Positions 38,647 to 49,428 are shown, counted from the stretch's first letter. The stretch: DNA of 64,000 nucleotides from an uncultured delta proteobacterium (GCA_963711565.1 CAVQEQ010000002.1:192001-256000); one strand, 5' to 3'. Made by a program: numbers and translations. The notes: generated from the letters alone by a model not told the origin.

Positions 38647-40197
38647 CTACTCGGCGATTCGCTTCGAGTGTCCGATCCAGTAGCGATCCTTGATTAGCCG
38701 CTTATAGAGCTTGCCGGTCGGATGGCGCGGCAGCTCCGAATCGAAGTCAATTGTCCGCGGGCACTTGATCGCGGACAGATGCGCGCGGCAAAAACCGATC
38801 AGCTCCGCCTCGAGCGCCGGCCCGGCCTGCTTGATGTCAACCGGCTGCACAACGGCTTTGACTTCCTCGCCGAAATCCTCGTTGGGCACGCCGAACACAG
38901 CGACGTCCTCGACCTTCGGATGAGTCGCGAGCAGGTTCTCAGCCTCTTGCGGATAGATGTTCACACCGCCGCTGATGATCATGTTGGCCTTGCGATCGGT
39001 CAGGTAGAGATAGCCGTCGCGATCGAGATAGCCGATATCGCCGAGCGTCGACCATCCCTTGTCGTTGCGCGAGCTTTTCGTTTTCTCAGGATCGTTGTGA
39101 TACTCGAATGTGCCGCCGCCTTCGAAAAAGATCGTCCCCGCTTCGCCAGTCGGAAGCTCAACTCCGTCATCGCCAACGATATACACCTTTCCCATCAGCG
39201 GCTTGCCGACCGAGCCCTTATGCTGCAGCCACTGCACGCTGTCGATGGCGCAAAACCCGTTGCCTTCGGTCCCTGCATAGTATTCGTAGATTTTCGGCCC
39301 CCACCAAGCAATCATCTGTTCCTTGATCGCGATTGGACAGGGCGCGGACGCGTGGATGACCACCCTCAGCGTTGAGTGATCGTATTTGCGGCGGATCGGC
39401 TCGGGCAACTTGAGCATCCGGATGAACATCGTCGGCACCATCTGCGTATGCGTCACTCGGTACTTCTCGATAAGCACGAGCGACTGTTCCGCGTCGAAGT
39501 GCTCCATGACGATTACGGTGCCACCGATCCGATGTATCGCCATTGTGAACTGCAGCGGCGCCGAATGATAAAGCGGTGCCGGCGATAGGTAAATCATCTC
39601 GGGAGTCGCCTGGTAGAGCCCAGCCAGCAGCATGCCGATAGGATTCGACGCGCCCAGCGGTTGTCCGCTCAGCCGATGCTTCACGCCCTTGGGCTTGCCG
39701 GTGGTGCCCGACGAGTAGAGCATCGCGGCGCCTTCGGTCTCGTCGGGAATCGGAGTCGTCGGTTGCGAGCCAACCGCGTCCTCCCATGATTCATAATTCG
39801 CGATCGTGCCGTCCATCATGTAGCGCTTGATGCGGCCGGGAATCATATTGGCTGTGTCCATCTGGCTTGCGACATCGGCCATCGCGTGCGTTGTGATGAA
39901 AACCTTCGCGCCGGAGTCATTTACGATGTAGGCGACTTCCTCCGCCGTCAGGCGTGAGCTGATTGCGGTGTAGTACAGTCCGGAACGCTGCGCCGCCCAG
40001 AGAACCTGGTGATAGCGGGGATGATTCTCAGCGAACAATGCGATTGTGTCGCCCGGCTTGAGTCCCAGCGAACGCAATAGATTCGCGGCGCGATTCGACT
40101 CATCGTCAAGCTCGCGATAGGTGATAGCCTTGCCGCTCGCTGCCATAATGTAAGCGGCCTTGTCAGGATTGCTCTGCGCGTGAATTCCGGGATGCAT
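38647..40197 (-). CDS. Acyl-CoA synthetase
   Basis: YSSGTTGKPKG, EYYAGTEG, TLGDIG, PTGKL. Confidence 0.95.
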   Translation of the reverse strand: MHPGIHAQSNPDKAAYIMAASGKAITYRELDDESNRAANLLRSLGLKPGDTIALFAENHPRYHQVLWAAQRSGLYYTAISSRLTAEEVAYIVNDSGAKVFITTHAMADVASQMDTANMIPGRIKRYMMDGTIANYESWEDAVGSQPTTPIPDETEGAAMLYSSGTTGKPKGVKHRLSGQPLGASNPIGMLLAGLYQATPEMIYLSPAPLYHSAPLQFTMAIHRIGGTVIVMEHFDAEQSLVLIEKYRVTHTQMVPTMFIRMLKLPEPIRRKYDHSTLRVVIHASAPCPIAIKEQMIAWWGPKIYEYYAGTEGNGFCAIDSVQWLQHKGSVGKPLMGKVYIVGDDGVELPTGEAGTIFFEGGGTFEYHNDPEKTKSSRNDKGWSTLGDIGYLDRDGYLYLTDRKANMIISGGVNIYPQEAENLLATHPKVEDVAVFGVPNEDFGEEVKAVVQPVDIKQAGPALEAELIGFCRAHLSAIKCPRTIDFDSELPRHPTGKLYKRLIKDRYWIGHSKRIAE

Positions 40198-40386
40198 CAG
40201 TTGTCGAATCGTCCCTTCGTGACCTCGTAAATCACTGTCCGTGGCTCACCTAGTATCATACGAACCGATGTGATCGGAAAGGAGATCCGATTTGCCGCGC
40301 GCCTCCCATTTGATTTTGATCAGAGCGCGGCCGATGTTCTCTATGGTTCGTAGGTAGTTGACCAGCGGCGAATGCATGCATATACA

Positions 40387-40839
40387 ATGAGTATGATCCT
40401 GAATGCCGGAAACTTGGATACCAAGAGTATCGAAGGCGTATGCGTCGGTGGTTGCGTGCGCAAGCTGAATCGGATGGTCAGCGCGATCTATGACGGCGCA
40501 CTGGCAAACGCCGGATTGAAGACCAGCCAGTTCAGCGTGCTCGTTTCGGTCGCCAATCGAAAACAGGCTCGGCCAGCGGAGCTTATAAAGCATCTCGAGT
40601 TGGATGAATCGACGGTCAGCCGAAACGTCGAGCGGATGTGCGCCAGGGGCTGGCTGCGGCTCGTACCGGACGCCGATCGACGCAGCCATTTGATCGAAGT
40701 GACCGACAAGGGTCAGGCTCTGATTCGCAAATGCCTTCCAGCCTGGCAGAAGGCTCAGACAGAAGTCAGTCGGCGCCTCGGCACAGATTCTGTCGCAGAG
40801 TTGAGGTCCGCCCTTCGCAAACTAAGCGCCCGAAGTTAG
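40387..40839 (+). CDS. MarR family transcriptional regulator
   Basis: CVGGCVRKLNR...YD, STVSRNVERM, DADRRSHLIEVTDKG. Confidence 0.92.
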   Translation: MSMILNAGNLDTKSIEGVCVGGCVRKLNRMVSAIYDGALANAGLKTSQFSVLVSVANRKQARPAELIKHLELDESTVSRNVERMCARGWLRLVPDADRRSHLIEVTDKGQALIRKCLPAWQKAQTEVSRRLGTDSVAELRSALRKLSARS

Positions 40840-40905
40840 TCGCGTCTTACGATGTGAAAATCGCCCGTCGAGGATTTATCTGTTCCCCCGCGCGATAGCG
40901 AAACG

Positions 40906-41421
40906 CTATTTGGGGAAGAGCGCGCGGAGTATCGACGGCAGGACTTCACCGTCATAGCGCTCGACGTGTGAGTCGAGCGCCCGAGCGAAAGCCAGCAGGG
41001 CTTGCGCGAAGGCACCGCGGTCTCCTGTTGTTAGCTTGCGATCCACGCCCGACGACAGCTCGTGCAGTGTTGCGATCAGCTTGCGCATTTCCTGACGTTC
41101 GTTCTTCAACGTGTCGAGCAGTGCGCCCGAAATCGCGTGATGCGCCTCGCCCCACGAGATCAGCCCGTCTTCGATTTGCAGGTGCGACCATAGATCGTGC
41201 CGTATCTGGTCCCACACCTGCAGGGCATGCTGACCCGCTGCAATCGCGGCGGGGTCACCGGCAAGCCTGCTGGCGGCGAAAGCCAATCGCACACCAAGAC
41301 CGTTCAACTTTCTGTGTTCGGCTCCGAGACACGCCACCATCGTGTTGATCATTGGTATCTCAAGCTCGGGCAGCGGACTGCTGCATGGCGTATTCCGAAT
41401 TGTAAAATCCTTCGCTTCCAT
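40906..41421 (-). CDS. Hemerythrin-like protein
   Basis: EHRKL, HLQIED, HVERYD (degenerate HHE-type motifs). Confidence 0.55.
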   Translation of the reverse strand: MEAKDFTIRNTPCSSPLPELEIPMINTMVACLGAEHRKLNGLGVRLAFAASRLAGDPAAIAAGQHALQVWDQIRHDLWSHLQIEDGLISWGEAHHAISGALLDTLKNERQEMRKLIATLHELSSGVDRKLTTGDRGAFAQALLAFARALDSHVERYDGEVLPSILRALFPK

Positions 41422-41500
41422 GTTTGTGGCCTCGGCTACTTGAGCAATCCGGATGCCAACAGCAGAACGGTCTGAATGCAGAGAAGTTTCTTGGTCCGAA

Positions 41501-41526
41501 CCTTGTATATACAAGGTATATACAAG
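41501..41526. promoter_or_regulatory. Palindromic operator CCTTGTATATACAAGG plus overlapping second site
   Basis: Perfect 16-bp palindrome between divergent genes; same core at 44568 and a near match at 40376. Confidence 0.7.
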
Positions 41527-41542
41527 CACGAGGGACCGAAGA

Positions 41543-42769
41543 ATGGACAACATCATTGGAAATAACGGCGAAGTGCAATTCGCGAACGGCCAAAGCAGTC
41601 GCGATTTGCGAGTTGGCTCAGACGCCAACGAGTCGGAAACTCAGCTCCATGTGCGAGATCTGTTCGAGCCCACACCTTCGAGCGATCCACTGGAAGCCTT
41701 GCGCAGAGATTCCGACGAAGTTCTCGAGCGCCGGATCGAATTGCCCGATGGGCCTGGAGGAGAGTCCAGCATTTCGGGTGGAAGTCCACGGTACCGCCGC
41801 ATAACCAAACGAGTTGTATTGCTGGCGCTGCTTTTTCTCGCCGCTGGAGCGCTCTCCCCCTTCGCCTGGAACTATCTTCAATCGTACGAATCCACCGATG
41901 ACGCGCAAATAGACGGCCATATCGATCCGCTGAGCTCGCGCATCAACGGGACTGTTATTCGGGTCCACGCCGAGGACGACGACCGGGTCAAGGCGGGCGA
42001 ACTACTGGTCGAGATCGATCCGCGCGACTACCAGGTCGCGGTCGAGAACGCCGCGGCGAATCTGGCCATGGTTGAGCAGGTCGTGAAAGCGGCGCAGCAG
42101 AACTATGACCTCAGCGCCGCCAATCTCGCAGCGGCAGTAGCCACGAATAACAAGGCGCAAATGGACGTGAAGCGATATCGCGAACTGCTCGACCAGGGCG
42201 TGATCGCGCGCGAGACCAACGACCAAATCGTCATGACCGGCAAGGTCGATGCGGCCGCGGTGAACTCGGACAGCGCGGCGCAAGCTGCCGCGGCGAGGGT
42301 GATTGGCCAGGCCGAAGCCGCAGTGCAGGCCGCTCAGGCTTCATTGGATCAGGCGAGGCTCAACCTCAGCTACACAAAAATCTACGCACCCGCCAACGGC
42401 ATCGTCGGCAGACGCACCGTCGAGCTTGGCTCCCGGATCGAGCCGGGACAGACGCTGATGTTCGTGACCGAGACCGACGAGATTTGGGTGACCGCGGATT
42501 TCAAGGAGACGCAACTCGCGCGGATGCATCGCGGCGAGAGAGTCAGCGTCCACGTCGATACCTTCGGTCGCGACTACCGTGGCTACGTCAGGAACCTGCC
42601 CGGTGCGAGCGGCGATCGCTTCAGCCTGCTCCCGGCCGAGAATGCCACCGGCAACTATGTGAAGGTGGTGCAACGCCTGCCGGTGCGAATCGAGTTCGAC
42701 CCCGGACAGGATCCCGACCACCTGCTGCATCCCGGAATGTCGGTGGAGCCCAAAGTATGGCTGCGTTAG
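41543..42769 (+). CDS. EmrA/HlyD family efflux adaptor
   Basis: STDDAQIDG, ADFKETQL, FSLLPAENATGNYVKVVQRLPVRI. Confidence 0.92.
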   Translation: MDNIIGNNGEVQFANGQSSRDLRVGSDANESETQLHVRDLFEPTPSSDPLEALRRDSDEVLERRIELPDGPGGESSISGGSPRYRRITKRVVLLALLFLAAGALSPFAWNYLQSYESTDDAQIDGHIDPLSSRINGTVIRVHAEDDDRVKAGELLVEIDPRDYQVAVENAAANLAMVEQVVKAAQQNYDLSAANLAAAVATNNKAQMDVKRYRELLDQGVIARETNDQIVMTGKVDAAAVNSDSAAQAAAARVIGQAEAAVQAAQASLDQARLNLSYTKIYAPANGIVGRRTVELGSRIEPGQTLMFVTETDEIWVTADFKETQLARMHRGERVSVHVDTFGRDYRGYVRNLPGASGDRFSLLPAENATGNYVKVVQRLPVRIEFDPGQDPDHLLHPGMSVEPKVWLR

Positions 42770-44376
42770 CCGCACCGCGGATAGTCGCTATCGCCGAGGC
42801 GCCCGCCGAAGGGCCGGCGCACAATCCGTGGGCGATCGCGCTTGTGGTGACGATGGCAACGTTCATGGAGCTGCTCGATACCAGCATCTCCAACGTCTCG
42901 CTGCCACACATCGCGGGCGGTCTCGGTACCAGTTACGACGAAAGCACCTGGGTGCTGACCAGCTACCTGGTCGCCAACGCGATCATCCTGCCGATGAGCG
43001 CGTGGCTCAGCCGCGCCTTCGGCCGCAAGCGATATTACATGATGTGCGTCGCGCTCTTCACAGTGAGCTCGTTTCTATGCGGCGTCGCACCGAGCCTGGC
43101 AATGCTGATCGTGTTCCGCGTGATGCAGGGAGTCGGCGGCGGCGGCCTCGCGCCGGTCGAGCAAGCGATCCTGGTCGATACGTTTCCCAATGAAAAACTC
43201 GGTGGCGCATTCGCGCTCTACAGCATGGCGATGGTCACGGCTCCGGCGATCGGGCCGCCGCTCGGCGGATGGATTACCGACAACTTCTCGTGGCGATGGG
43301 TTTTCTTCATCAACGTTCCGATCGGAATCCTGTCGCTGTTGCTTTCGAGCCGGCTGGTGCACGACCCGCTCGAATTCACCGAGGAACGCAAGCAAGCGCG
43401 GCGCAGCGGCCAGCTTCGAATTGACTACGTCGGGATCACCCTGATCGCAGTCGGATTCGCCTGCCTTGAAGTGGTGCTGGATCGCGGCGAGCGCGACGAC
43501 TGGCTCGAAAGCCACTTCATCGCGACCTTCCTGGCGATTGCCGTCATCGCGATCGCGATCGCGATCTGGTGGGAGTGGCGCCACGACGATCCGGTGGTCG
43601 AGCTGACCCTGCTCCGCGAGCGCAACTTCGCCATCGCCAACGTATACTACTTCCTCTTCGCCTTCGGGCTCTTCGGCAGCACCGTGTTGATTCCCGAGAT
43701 GCTGCAGACGCTGTACGGATACACGGCCACGGACGCGGGCCTGGTGCTGGGACCCGGCGCCGCGGTTGTCACGCTAATGGCGCCGTTGGTCGTGCGGATC
43801 CTCCCGCGAATCGGCGCGAAACGCATGCTCGCCTTCAGCTTCACTATCGCCGCGCTTTCCTTCTTCTACTACAGCGGGATGACGCCCGAGACTGACTATT
43901 TCCACTTCGCGCTGGCGCGGGCCTTTCAGGGCTTCGGCTATGCCTTCATGTTCGTTCCAGTGACCCAGCTTGCGTATTCCTATTTGCCAAAAAACAAGAA
44001 CAACAAAGGATCGAGCCTAACCAACCTCTGCCGCAACTGGGGCGCCAGCTTCGGGATCTCGTTCGTCACCACGATGCTCGAGCGGCGCACGCAGTATCAC
44101 CAGAGCGTGCTGGTCGGCAACCTCACTTCTGCCGACGCAAGCGTGCAGCAGTTCGTCAAGACCTCGAGTCATTTCCTGGTAACCCGCGGAGCGACCACTC
44201 CGGATGCGATCCATCAGGCATACGGAATGGTTGAAAGCATGATGACCCAGCAGGCGGCGATGCTCGCGTTCATGGATTGTTTCCACCTGCTCGCGATCGT
44301 CGTGCTGGCCGGCCTGCCGCTGGCGTTACTGATCAAGCGTTTCGATATAGGCAAAGCGGCGAGCGCTGGGCACTGA
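42757..44376 (+). CDS. EmrB/QacA (DHA2) MFS efflux permease
   Basis: MELLDTSISNVSLPHI, WVLTSYLVA, APAIGPPLGGWI, WRWVFFINVPIG. Confidence 0.94.
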   Translation: MAALAAPRIVAIAEAPAEGPAHNPWAIALVVTMATFMELLDTSISNVSLPHIAGGLGTSYDESTWVLTSYLVANAIILPMSAWLSRAFGRKRYYMMCVALFTVSSFLCGVAPSLAMLIVFRVMQGVGGGGLAPVEQAILVDTFPNEKLGGAFALYSMAMVTAPAIGPPLGGWITDNFSWRWVFFINVPIGILSLLLSSRLVHDPLEFTEERKQARRSGQLRIDYVGITLIAVGFACLEVVLDRGERDDWLESHFIATFLAIAVIAIAIAIWWEWRHDDPVVELTLLRERNFAIANVYYFLFAFGLFGSTVLIPEMLQTLYGYTATDAGLVLGPGAAVVTLMAPLVVRILPRIGAKRMLAFSFTIAALSFFYYSGMTPETDYFHFALARAFQGFGYAFMFVPVTQLAYSYLPKNKNNKGSSLTNLCRNWGASFGISFVTTMLERRTQYHQSVLVGNLTSADASVQQFVKTSSHFLVTRGATTPDAIHQAYGMVESMMTQQAAMLAFMDCFHLLAIVVLAGLPLALLIKRFDIGKAASAGH

Positions 44377-44423
44377 ACCTGGGAGATCGCGTCGAGCATT
44401 CTCGACAAACAAGGATGGTCATC

Positions 44424-44531
44424 ATGGAAAACGAAATCAGCCAGTTGTTGTTGCTCACGATATTCTGCGTGGTGGCGATAGTCATCGCGGATTGGGCGAT
44501 GCGGCCAAGGAATCGCGACGACGACGATTGA
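44424..44531 (+). CDS. Putative single-TM small protein
   Basis: MENEISQLLLLTIFCVVAIVIADWAMRPRNRDDDD, with an AAGGA RBS-like motif upstream. Confidence 0.35.
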   Translation: MENEISQLLLLTIFCVVAIVIADWAMRPRNRDDDD

Positions 44532-44555
44532 ACTTGCATCAGCCCGAAACTTTAT

Positions 44556-44666
44556 CTTGGTCCGAGTCTTGTATATACAAGCACCATGGCCTGAAAGATG
44601 TGCAACATCATTGAAGATCACGGCAAAAATCAATTCGCAAACGGCCAACGCCGTCGCGATTTGCGA
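44556..44666 (+). repeat. Diverged direct copy of 41490-41611 (operator + leader)
   Basis: Shared blocks CTTGGTCCGA, CTTGTATATACAAG, CAACATCATTG, CAATTCGC-AACGGCCAA, GTCGCGATTTGCGA. Confidence 0.8.
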
Positions 44667-44735
44667 TTTGCGTCTCCAGTTCCGCAGCGTCTTAGCTGAC
44701 TCGTATCGACACAACCACGTAAGGAGCAATTCACA

Positions 44736-45488
44736 ATGAGCGGGAAACTAGAAGGCAAAGTGGCAGTAGTCACCGGCGGAAATAGTGGCATCGGTCTGGC
44801 CACGGCGAAGCGATTCGTCGCGGAAGGCGCGTATGTCTTCATCACCGGGCGCCGTCCAGCAGAACTAGATGCGGCGAAGAAAGAGATCGGCAGCAACGTA
44901 ACCGGCGTTCAAGGGGATGTCGCCAAGCTCGCAGACCTTGATCGCCTGTTCGCGCAGATCAAGCGGGAGAAGGGCAAGCTCGATATCGTGTTCGCGAATG
45001 CCGGCGTCGCGGAACTCGCGCCCTTGGGAGAAATCACTGAAGAGCAGTTCGATCGAATCTTCGACATCAACGTAAAAGGACTGTTGTTCACCGTCCAGAA
45101 GGCTCTGCCTCTGATTCCCGACGGCGGATCGATCATCCTGAATGCCTCGATCGTGGCGTCCAAAGGCAATCCGGCGTCGAGCGTCTACAGCGCGACCAAG
45201 GCCGCGGTGCGGTCCTTCGCGCGCACGTGGACGATGGATTTGAAGGAACGGAAAATCCGCGTGAACGCGCTCAGTCCGGGTCCGATCAACACTCCCGCCT
45301 ATGACCGACTGGCGCAGTCCGGGCCGGCGGGCAGGCAGATGTTGGAGAGTATCGTGAACCGGGTCCCGATGGGCCGCTTCGGCACACCGGATGAAATCGC
45401 CAGAGCCGCGGTATTCCTCGCCTCGGACGACAGCACATTCGTCACCGGCACCGAGCTGTTCGTCAACGGCGGCGCCGCCCAAGTCTGA
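44736..45488 (+). CDS. SDR family oxidoreductase
   Basis: [16 protein letters not shown]. Confidence 0.95.
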   Translation: MSGKLEGKVAVVTGGNSGIGLATAKRFVAEGAYVFITGRRPAELDAAKKEIGSNVTGVQGDVAKLADLDRLFAQIKREKGKLDIVFANAGVAELAPLGEITEEQFDRIFDINVKGLLFTVQKALPLIPDGGSIILNASIVASKGNPASSVYSATKAAVRSFARTWTMDLKERKIRVNALSPGPINTPAYDRLAQSGPAGRQMLESIVNRVPMGRFGTPDEIARAAVFLASDDSTFVTGTELFVNGGAAQV

Positions 45489-45566
45489 GTCCCCGATGCG
45501 GTGTGCAGTTGCGATCGGGCTTAAGCCTCAAACTAACCCATAAAATTGCTCTCATAGGAGTTCACG

Positions 45567-46313
45567 ATGAGTACCCCCGTTGTTTTGATCACTGGCGCCC
45601 TCACCGGCATCGGACGAGCCACCGCGATCGCTTTCGCGCGCGAAGGCGCGCGCGTCGTCGTCTCCGGCCGACGCGACGAAGTCGGCCAGAAATTAGCCGT
45701 TGAACTCCGCGAGATCGGCGTTGAGGCGGAGTACTGGCGCGCCGACGTACGCCACGAGGACGATGTGCGCGACCTGATCGATAAGACCGTCAAGCGCTTC
45801 GGCCGCCTCGACGTGGCCGTCAACAACGCCGGTACGGAAGGCAAGACTGGCCCTGTCACTGAGCAGACCGCCGAAAGCTATGCGGCCACCTTCGACACCA
45901 ACGTGCTAGGCACGCTGCTGAGCATGAAGCATGAGCTGCGCGTGATGCTGCCCCAAGGCAGCGGTAGCATAGTCAATGTTTCATCGGCCTACGGAAGCGT
46001 CGGCGCTCCCGGAGCGTCTGTTTACGTGGCGAGTAAACATGCGGTGGAAGGAATGACCAAGTCCGCCGCACTGGAAGTCGCCGGTACGGGCGTTCGGGTA
46101 AACGTAGTGGCTCCGGGCGCTACGGACACGGGCATGCTCACACGCTTCACTAACACAGATGAAAATAAGGCCGCACTTGTCTCGACCGTGCCGATGAAGC
46201 GTCTCGCAACGCCGGAGGAGATCGCTGATGTGATCGTCTTTGTAGGCTCCGCCAAAGCCTCATACATGACCGGTGCGTCGATCCCGGTGGATGGAGGAAT
46301 TCTCGCCAACTAA
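45567..46313 (+). CDS. SDR family oxidoreductase
   Basis: TGALTGIG, NNAG, YVASK. Confidence 0.95.
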   Translation: MSTPVVLITGALTGIGRATAIAFAREGARVVVSGRRDEVGQKLAVELREIGVEAEYWRADVRHEDDVRDLIDKTVKRFGRLDVAVNNAGTEGKTGPVTEQTAESYAATFDTNVLGTLLSMKHELRVMLPQGSGSIVNVSSAYGSVGAPGASVYVASKHAVEGMTKSAALEVAGTGVRVNVVAPGATDTGMLTRFTNTDENKAALVSTVPMKRLATPEEIADVIVFVGSAKASYMTGASIPVDGGILAN

Positions 46314-46550
46314 ATGCTACGAGGTGCCCGATCTCGGGGCGTTCCATAGCCGAAGCTTATTCAAGCTGCCCCTTGATCGCCGCCTGCAGGAAGAGAAGAT
46401 CAAAGGTCAGCTCCGTCACGAAAATGAATCGTTCTGTGCGGATGGCGGCGCGGCGCTCGTAACGTCGGTATCACAGGCACCGGCTCGAAAATCCAACCAA
46501 TAGCAATCTCTTGCCTGCCGAGGGCCTCCGGGAGCACCTTTGGAGGCACG

Positions 46551-47723
46551 ATGAACACGTCTCACCAATCGACATCTGCGCCCGCCCGCAGAATCCAGTT
46601 CGCCTTCACCGACGAGCAGGAGCAATTCCGCTCGGCGGTTCGGCGATTTCTAAACGACAAATCTCCTACCACTGAGGTTCGGCGGCTGATGGCGACTGCC
46701 GAGGGGTACGATTCCACGGTGTGGCGTCAGTTGAGCGAGGATCTCGCGCTGCCCGGCATCCACGTACCGGAGCAATATGGCGGCGCAGGGTTCGGCATGG
46801 TGGAGCTCTGTATCGTCACGGAGGAGCTTGGCCGCGCACTACTTTGTGCCCCTTATTTTTCATCAGCCGTGCTCGCTGCCAATGCGATTCTAAGCGCAGG
46901 TACCGAGGAGCAGAAATCCGCCTTGTTGCCCGATATCGCAAAAGGGGTTCGCCTGGCGACGCTTGCGGTCGCCGAGCCCGATGGCAATTGGGATCCAGCC
47001 GGTATCAAGGTTGTCGCCACTCCTGATTCGGACGGCTTCCGTCTCGATGGAGTGAAAAGTTTCGTCGTGGACGGCCACGTCGCGGAGCGGTTGATCGTCG
47101 CCGCACGCGCGCCGAAGACTACCGGCCTCGAGGGGCTGGCGCTGTTCACGCTCGATGCGAATGGCGCCGGCGTGGAGCGACGCCTTCTGGAATCTATGGA
47201 TCCTACCCGCAAGATCGCGCGCATTGAGTTTCGCGGCGCTCATGCGAAATTGCTCGGCAACCACGATGATGGTGCAGAGCCGATTCTCCGTACTCTCGAT
47301 CGGGCGGCGATCGCGCTTGCCAACGAGATGGTGGGCGGTGCCCAGGCCCTGCTCGACTCGGCGTTAAATTATGCGAAGCTGCGGGTGCAGTTCGGGCGAA
47401 CCATAGGATCGTTCCAGGCCATCAAGCACAAGCTCGCCGATATGCTGCTGGACGTGGAGCTGGCCAAGTCGGCGGCCTACTACGCAGCTCAAGCCGTCGC
47501 GGCGCACGATCCCGAGTGGCCGGCACTCGCCAGTCTCGCCAAAGCTGCCGCGTCAGAAACGTACCTGCATACTGCCGTCGAATGTATTCAGATTCACGGC
47601 GGCATCGGCTTTACGTGGGACAACGACACGCATCTGTGGTTCAAGCGAGCAAAAAGCTCGGAAGTGTTCCTCGGTCAACCGAGTTATCACCGGGAACTCC
47701 TGATGCAACGCTGGGGAGTTTGA
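46551..47723 (+). CDS. Acyl-CoA dehydrogenase family protein (alpha-type subunit)
   Basis: RVQFGRTIGSFQAIKHKLADM, IQIHGGIGFTW. Confidence 0.93.
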   Translation: MNTSHQSTSAPARRIQFAFTDEQEQFRSAVRRFLNDKSPTTEVRRLMATAEGYDSTVWRQLSEDLALPGIHVPEQYGGAGFGMVELCIVTEELGRALLCAPYFSSAVLAANAILSAGTEEQKSALLPDIAKGVRLATLAVAEPDGNWDPAGIKVVATPDSDGFRLDGVKSFVVDGHVAERLIVAARAPKTTGLEGLALFTLDANGAGVERRLLESMDPTRKIARIEFRGAHAKLLGNHDDGAEPILRTLDRAAIALANEMVGGAQALLDSALNYAKLRVQFGRTIGSFQAIKHKLADMLLDVELAKSAAYYAAQAVAAHDPEWPALASLAKAAASETYLHTAVECIQIHGGIGFTWDNDTHLWFKRAKSSEVFLGQPSYHRELLMQRWGV

Positions 47724-47726
47724 ACG

Positions 47727-48971
47727 ATGAGCAACGTCAGCGAAGCCGAGGTGCGTGCCGAAGTGCGCGAGTGGCTGGCGGCCAACTGGGATCCCGATAT
47801 GCCACTGGTGGAGTGGCGCCGCAAGCTCGCGGACTCTGGCTGGGGAATGCCGCAATGGCCGAAGGAATGGTACGGCCGCGGGCTTACGCACGCGCTGGCG
47901 CGAGTGGTGGAGGAGGAGTTCGCCAACGTCGGCGCTGTCCGCGCCGCTAACTCCGGAGTTCGATTGCTGGCCGCGGCAACCCTACTGGAGCACGGATCTG
48001 ATCAGCAAAAAAAGAAGTTCCTTCGACGTATTCTCACCGGGGAGGATACCTGGTGCCAGTTCTTCAGCGAGCCGGGCAGCGGTTCCGATCTCGCCGGCGC
48101 CACTACCCGCGCGGATTTGAAGGGCGACTTTTGGATCGTCAACGGACAGAAGGTGTGGACTACCAGTGCGCATCATGCCGACCACGGTCTGTTGCTCGCC
48201 CGTACCGATTGGGACGCGCCTAAGCACGAGGGCCTCTCGTATTTCGTGATCGACGTGAAGCAGCCCGGCGTTGACGTGCAACCGCTCAGGCAGATGAATG
48301 GCCATGCGTCGTTTAACCAGGTGTTCTTCACCGACGCGAAAATCCCGAAGGAGAATCTGGTGGGGCGCGTCGGCGATGGATGGAAGGTGGCGATGACGAC
48401 GCTCGCGCACGAGCGCCGCGGCGCCGACGGACTGCCGGCGCCGTCAAAGCACGGAACGCGGGTTGGAAAGATACACGCCGAAGAGCGGGCCGAAACCGAA
48501 AAGGCGAATCAGCCCTACAAGTGGTATCCGCAGCGCGCCGGCCGCGTGGACCTCATCATCGAGCGCGCGAAGGAGACGGGCGCGAACAAGGATCCTTACG
48601 TCCGTCAGGAGATCGCCAGGCTGATGACCCTCGCCAAATGCGCCGAATGGACCGCGCGCCGCGCGCGCGCCGCTCAGCAACAGGGACGGCCGCAAGGTCC
48701 GGAAGGCTCGCTCGGAAAGCTCGCAGCCAGTCACGTCGCGCGATCTTGCTCCCGCGTACATACGCTGATTACGGGCACTGAAGCGATGCTCACTGGACGC
48801 GAAAGCCCGCGGGAAGGAATCATCGCCGAAATTCTGGTCTCGGTGCCCGCCGTTTCGATCGCCGGGGGCACCGACGAAATCCAGCGCAACATCATCGCCG
48901 AGCGTGTGCTCGAGCTACCCAAGGAACCCCGGTTCGACACCGGCCCATTCCGCGACGTGCGAAAGAACTAG
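47727..48971 (+). CDS. Acyl-CoA dehydrogenase family protein (partner subunit)
   Basis: WCQFFSEPGSGSDLA, NGQKVWT, LAHER, IAGGTDEIQRNIIAERVL. Confidence 0.93.
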   Translation: MSNVSEAEVRAEVREWLAANWDPDMPLVEWRRKLADSGWGMPQWPKEWYGRGLTHALARVVEEEFANVGAVRAANSGVRLLAAATLLEHGSDQQKKKFLRRILTGEDTWCQFFSEPGSGSDLAGATTRADLKGDFWIVNGQKVWTTSAHHADHGLLLARTDWDAPKHEGLSYFVIDVKQPGVDVQPLRQMNGHASFNQVFFTDAKIPKENLVGRVGDGWKVAMTTLAHERRGADGLPAPSKHGTRVGKIHAEERAETEKANQPYKWYPQRAGRVDLIIERAKETGANKDPYVRQEIARLMTLAKCAEWTARRARAAQQQGRPQGPEGSLGKLAASHVARSCSRVHTLITGTEAMLTGRESPREGIIAEILVSVPAVSIAGGTDEIQRNIIAERVLELPKEPRFDTGPFRDVRKN

Positions 48972-48975
48972 GTCG

Positions 48976-49428
48976 TTACTCGTCGCTGGAAGTCAGCGTC
49001 AGTACCGGGCACGCAGCCCGGCGCACGATCTGTTCAGCCACGCTGCCCAGGAGGAACTGGGTAAGCCCGTGGTGCCCGTGAGTATTTAGAACTATTAGAT
49101 CGGTGTGCAGGTCGGTCGCCACCTCTAACACGACCTTGGAAGTCTCGCCTCCAACGTCGAAGACTCGCGTGATGGCTTCGAATTTGAGTCCGGCCAGCTT
49201 TTCGGCGGCCATAGCCTGGAGCTTGAGACACGCGTCGGCCTCGGCGCGATTCTTCGCGGAGGCGACTACAGTTTCGGGCGCGTCAACCGCCTCTATCAAC
49301 GCCACGACATGCAGCAGGTAGATCGTTGCGTCCATGTCCCTGGCGATCTTCGAGGCCAGCGTCAGCGCTGCCTGCTCAGAATCTTCGAACTGTATGGGAC
49401 AGAGAATTTTCTTGAACGGATAAGACAC
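48976..49428 (-). CDS. Universal stress protein
   Basis: [17 protein letters not shown]...[18 protein letters not shown]. Confidence 0.92.
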   Translation of the reverse strand: MSYPFKKILCPIQFEDSEQAALTLASKIARDMDATIYLLHVVALIEAVDAPETVVASAKNRAEADACLKLQAMAAEKLAGLKFEAITRVFDVGGETSKVVLEVATDLHTDLIVLNTHGHHGLTQFLLGSVAEQIVRRAACPVLTLTSSDE

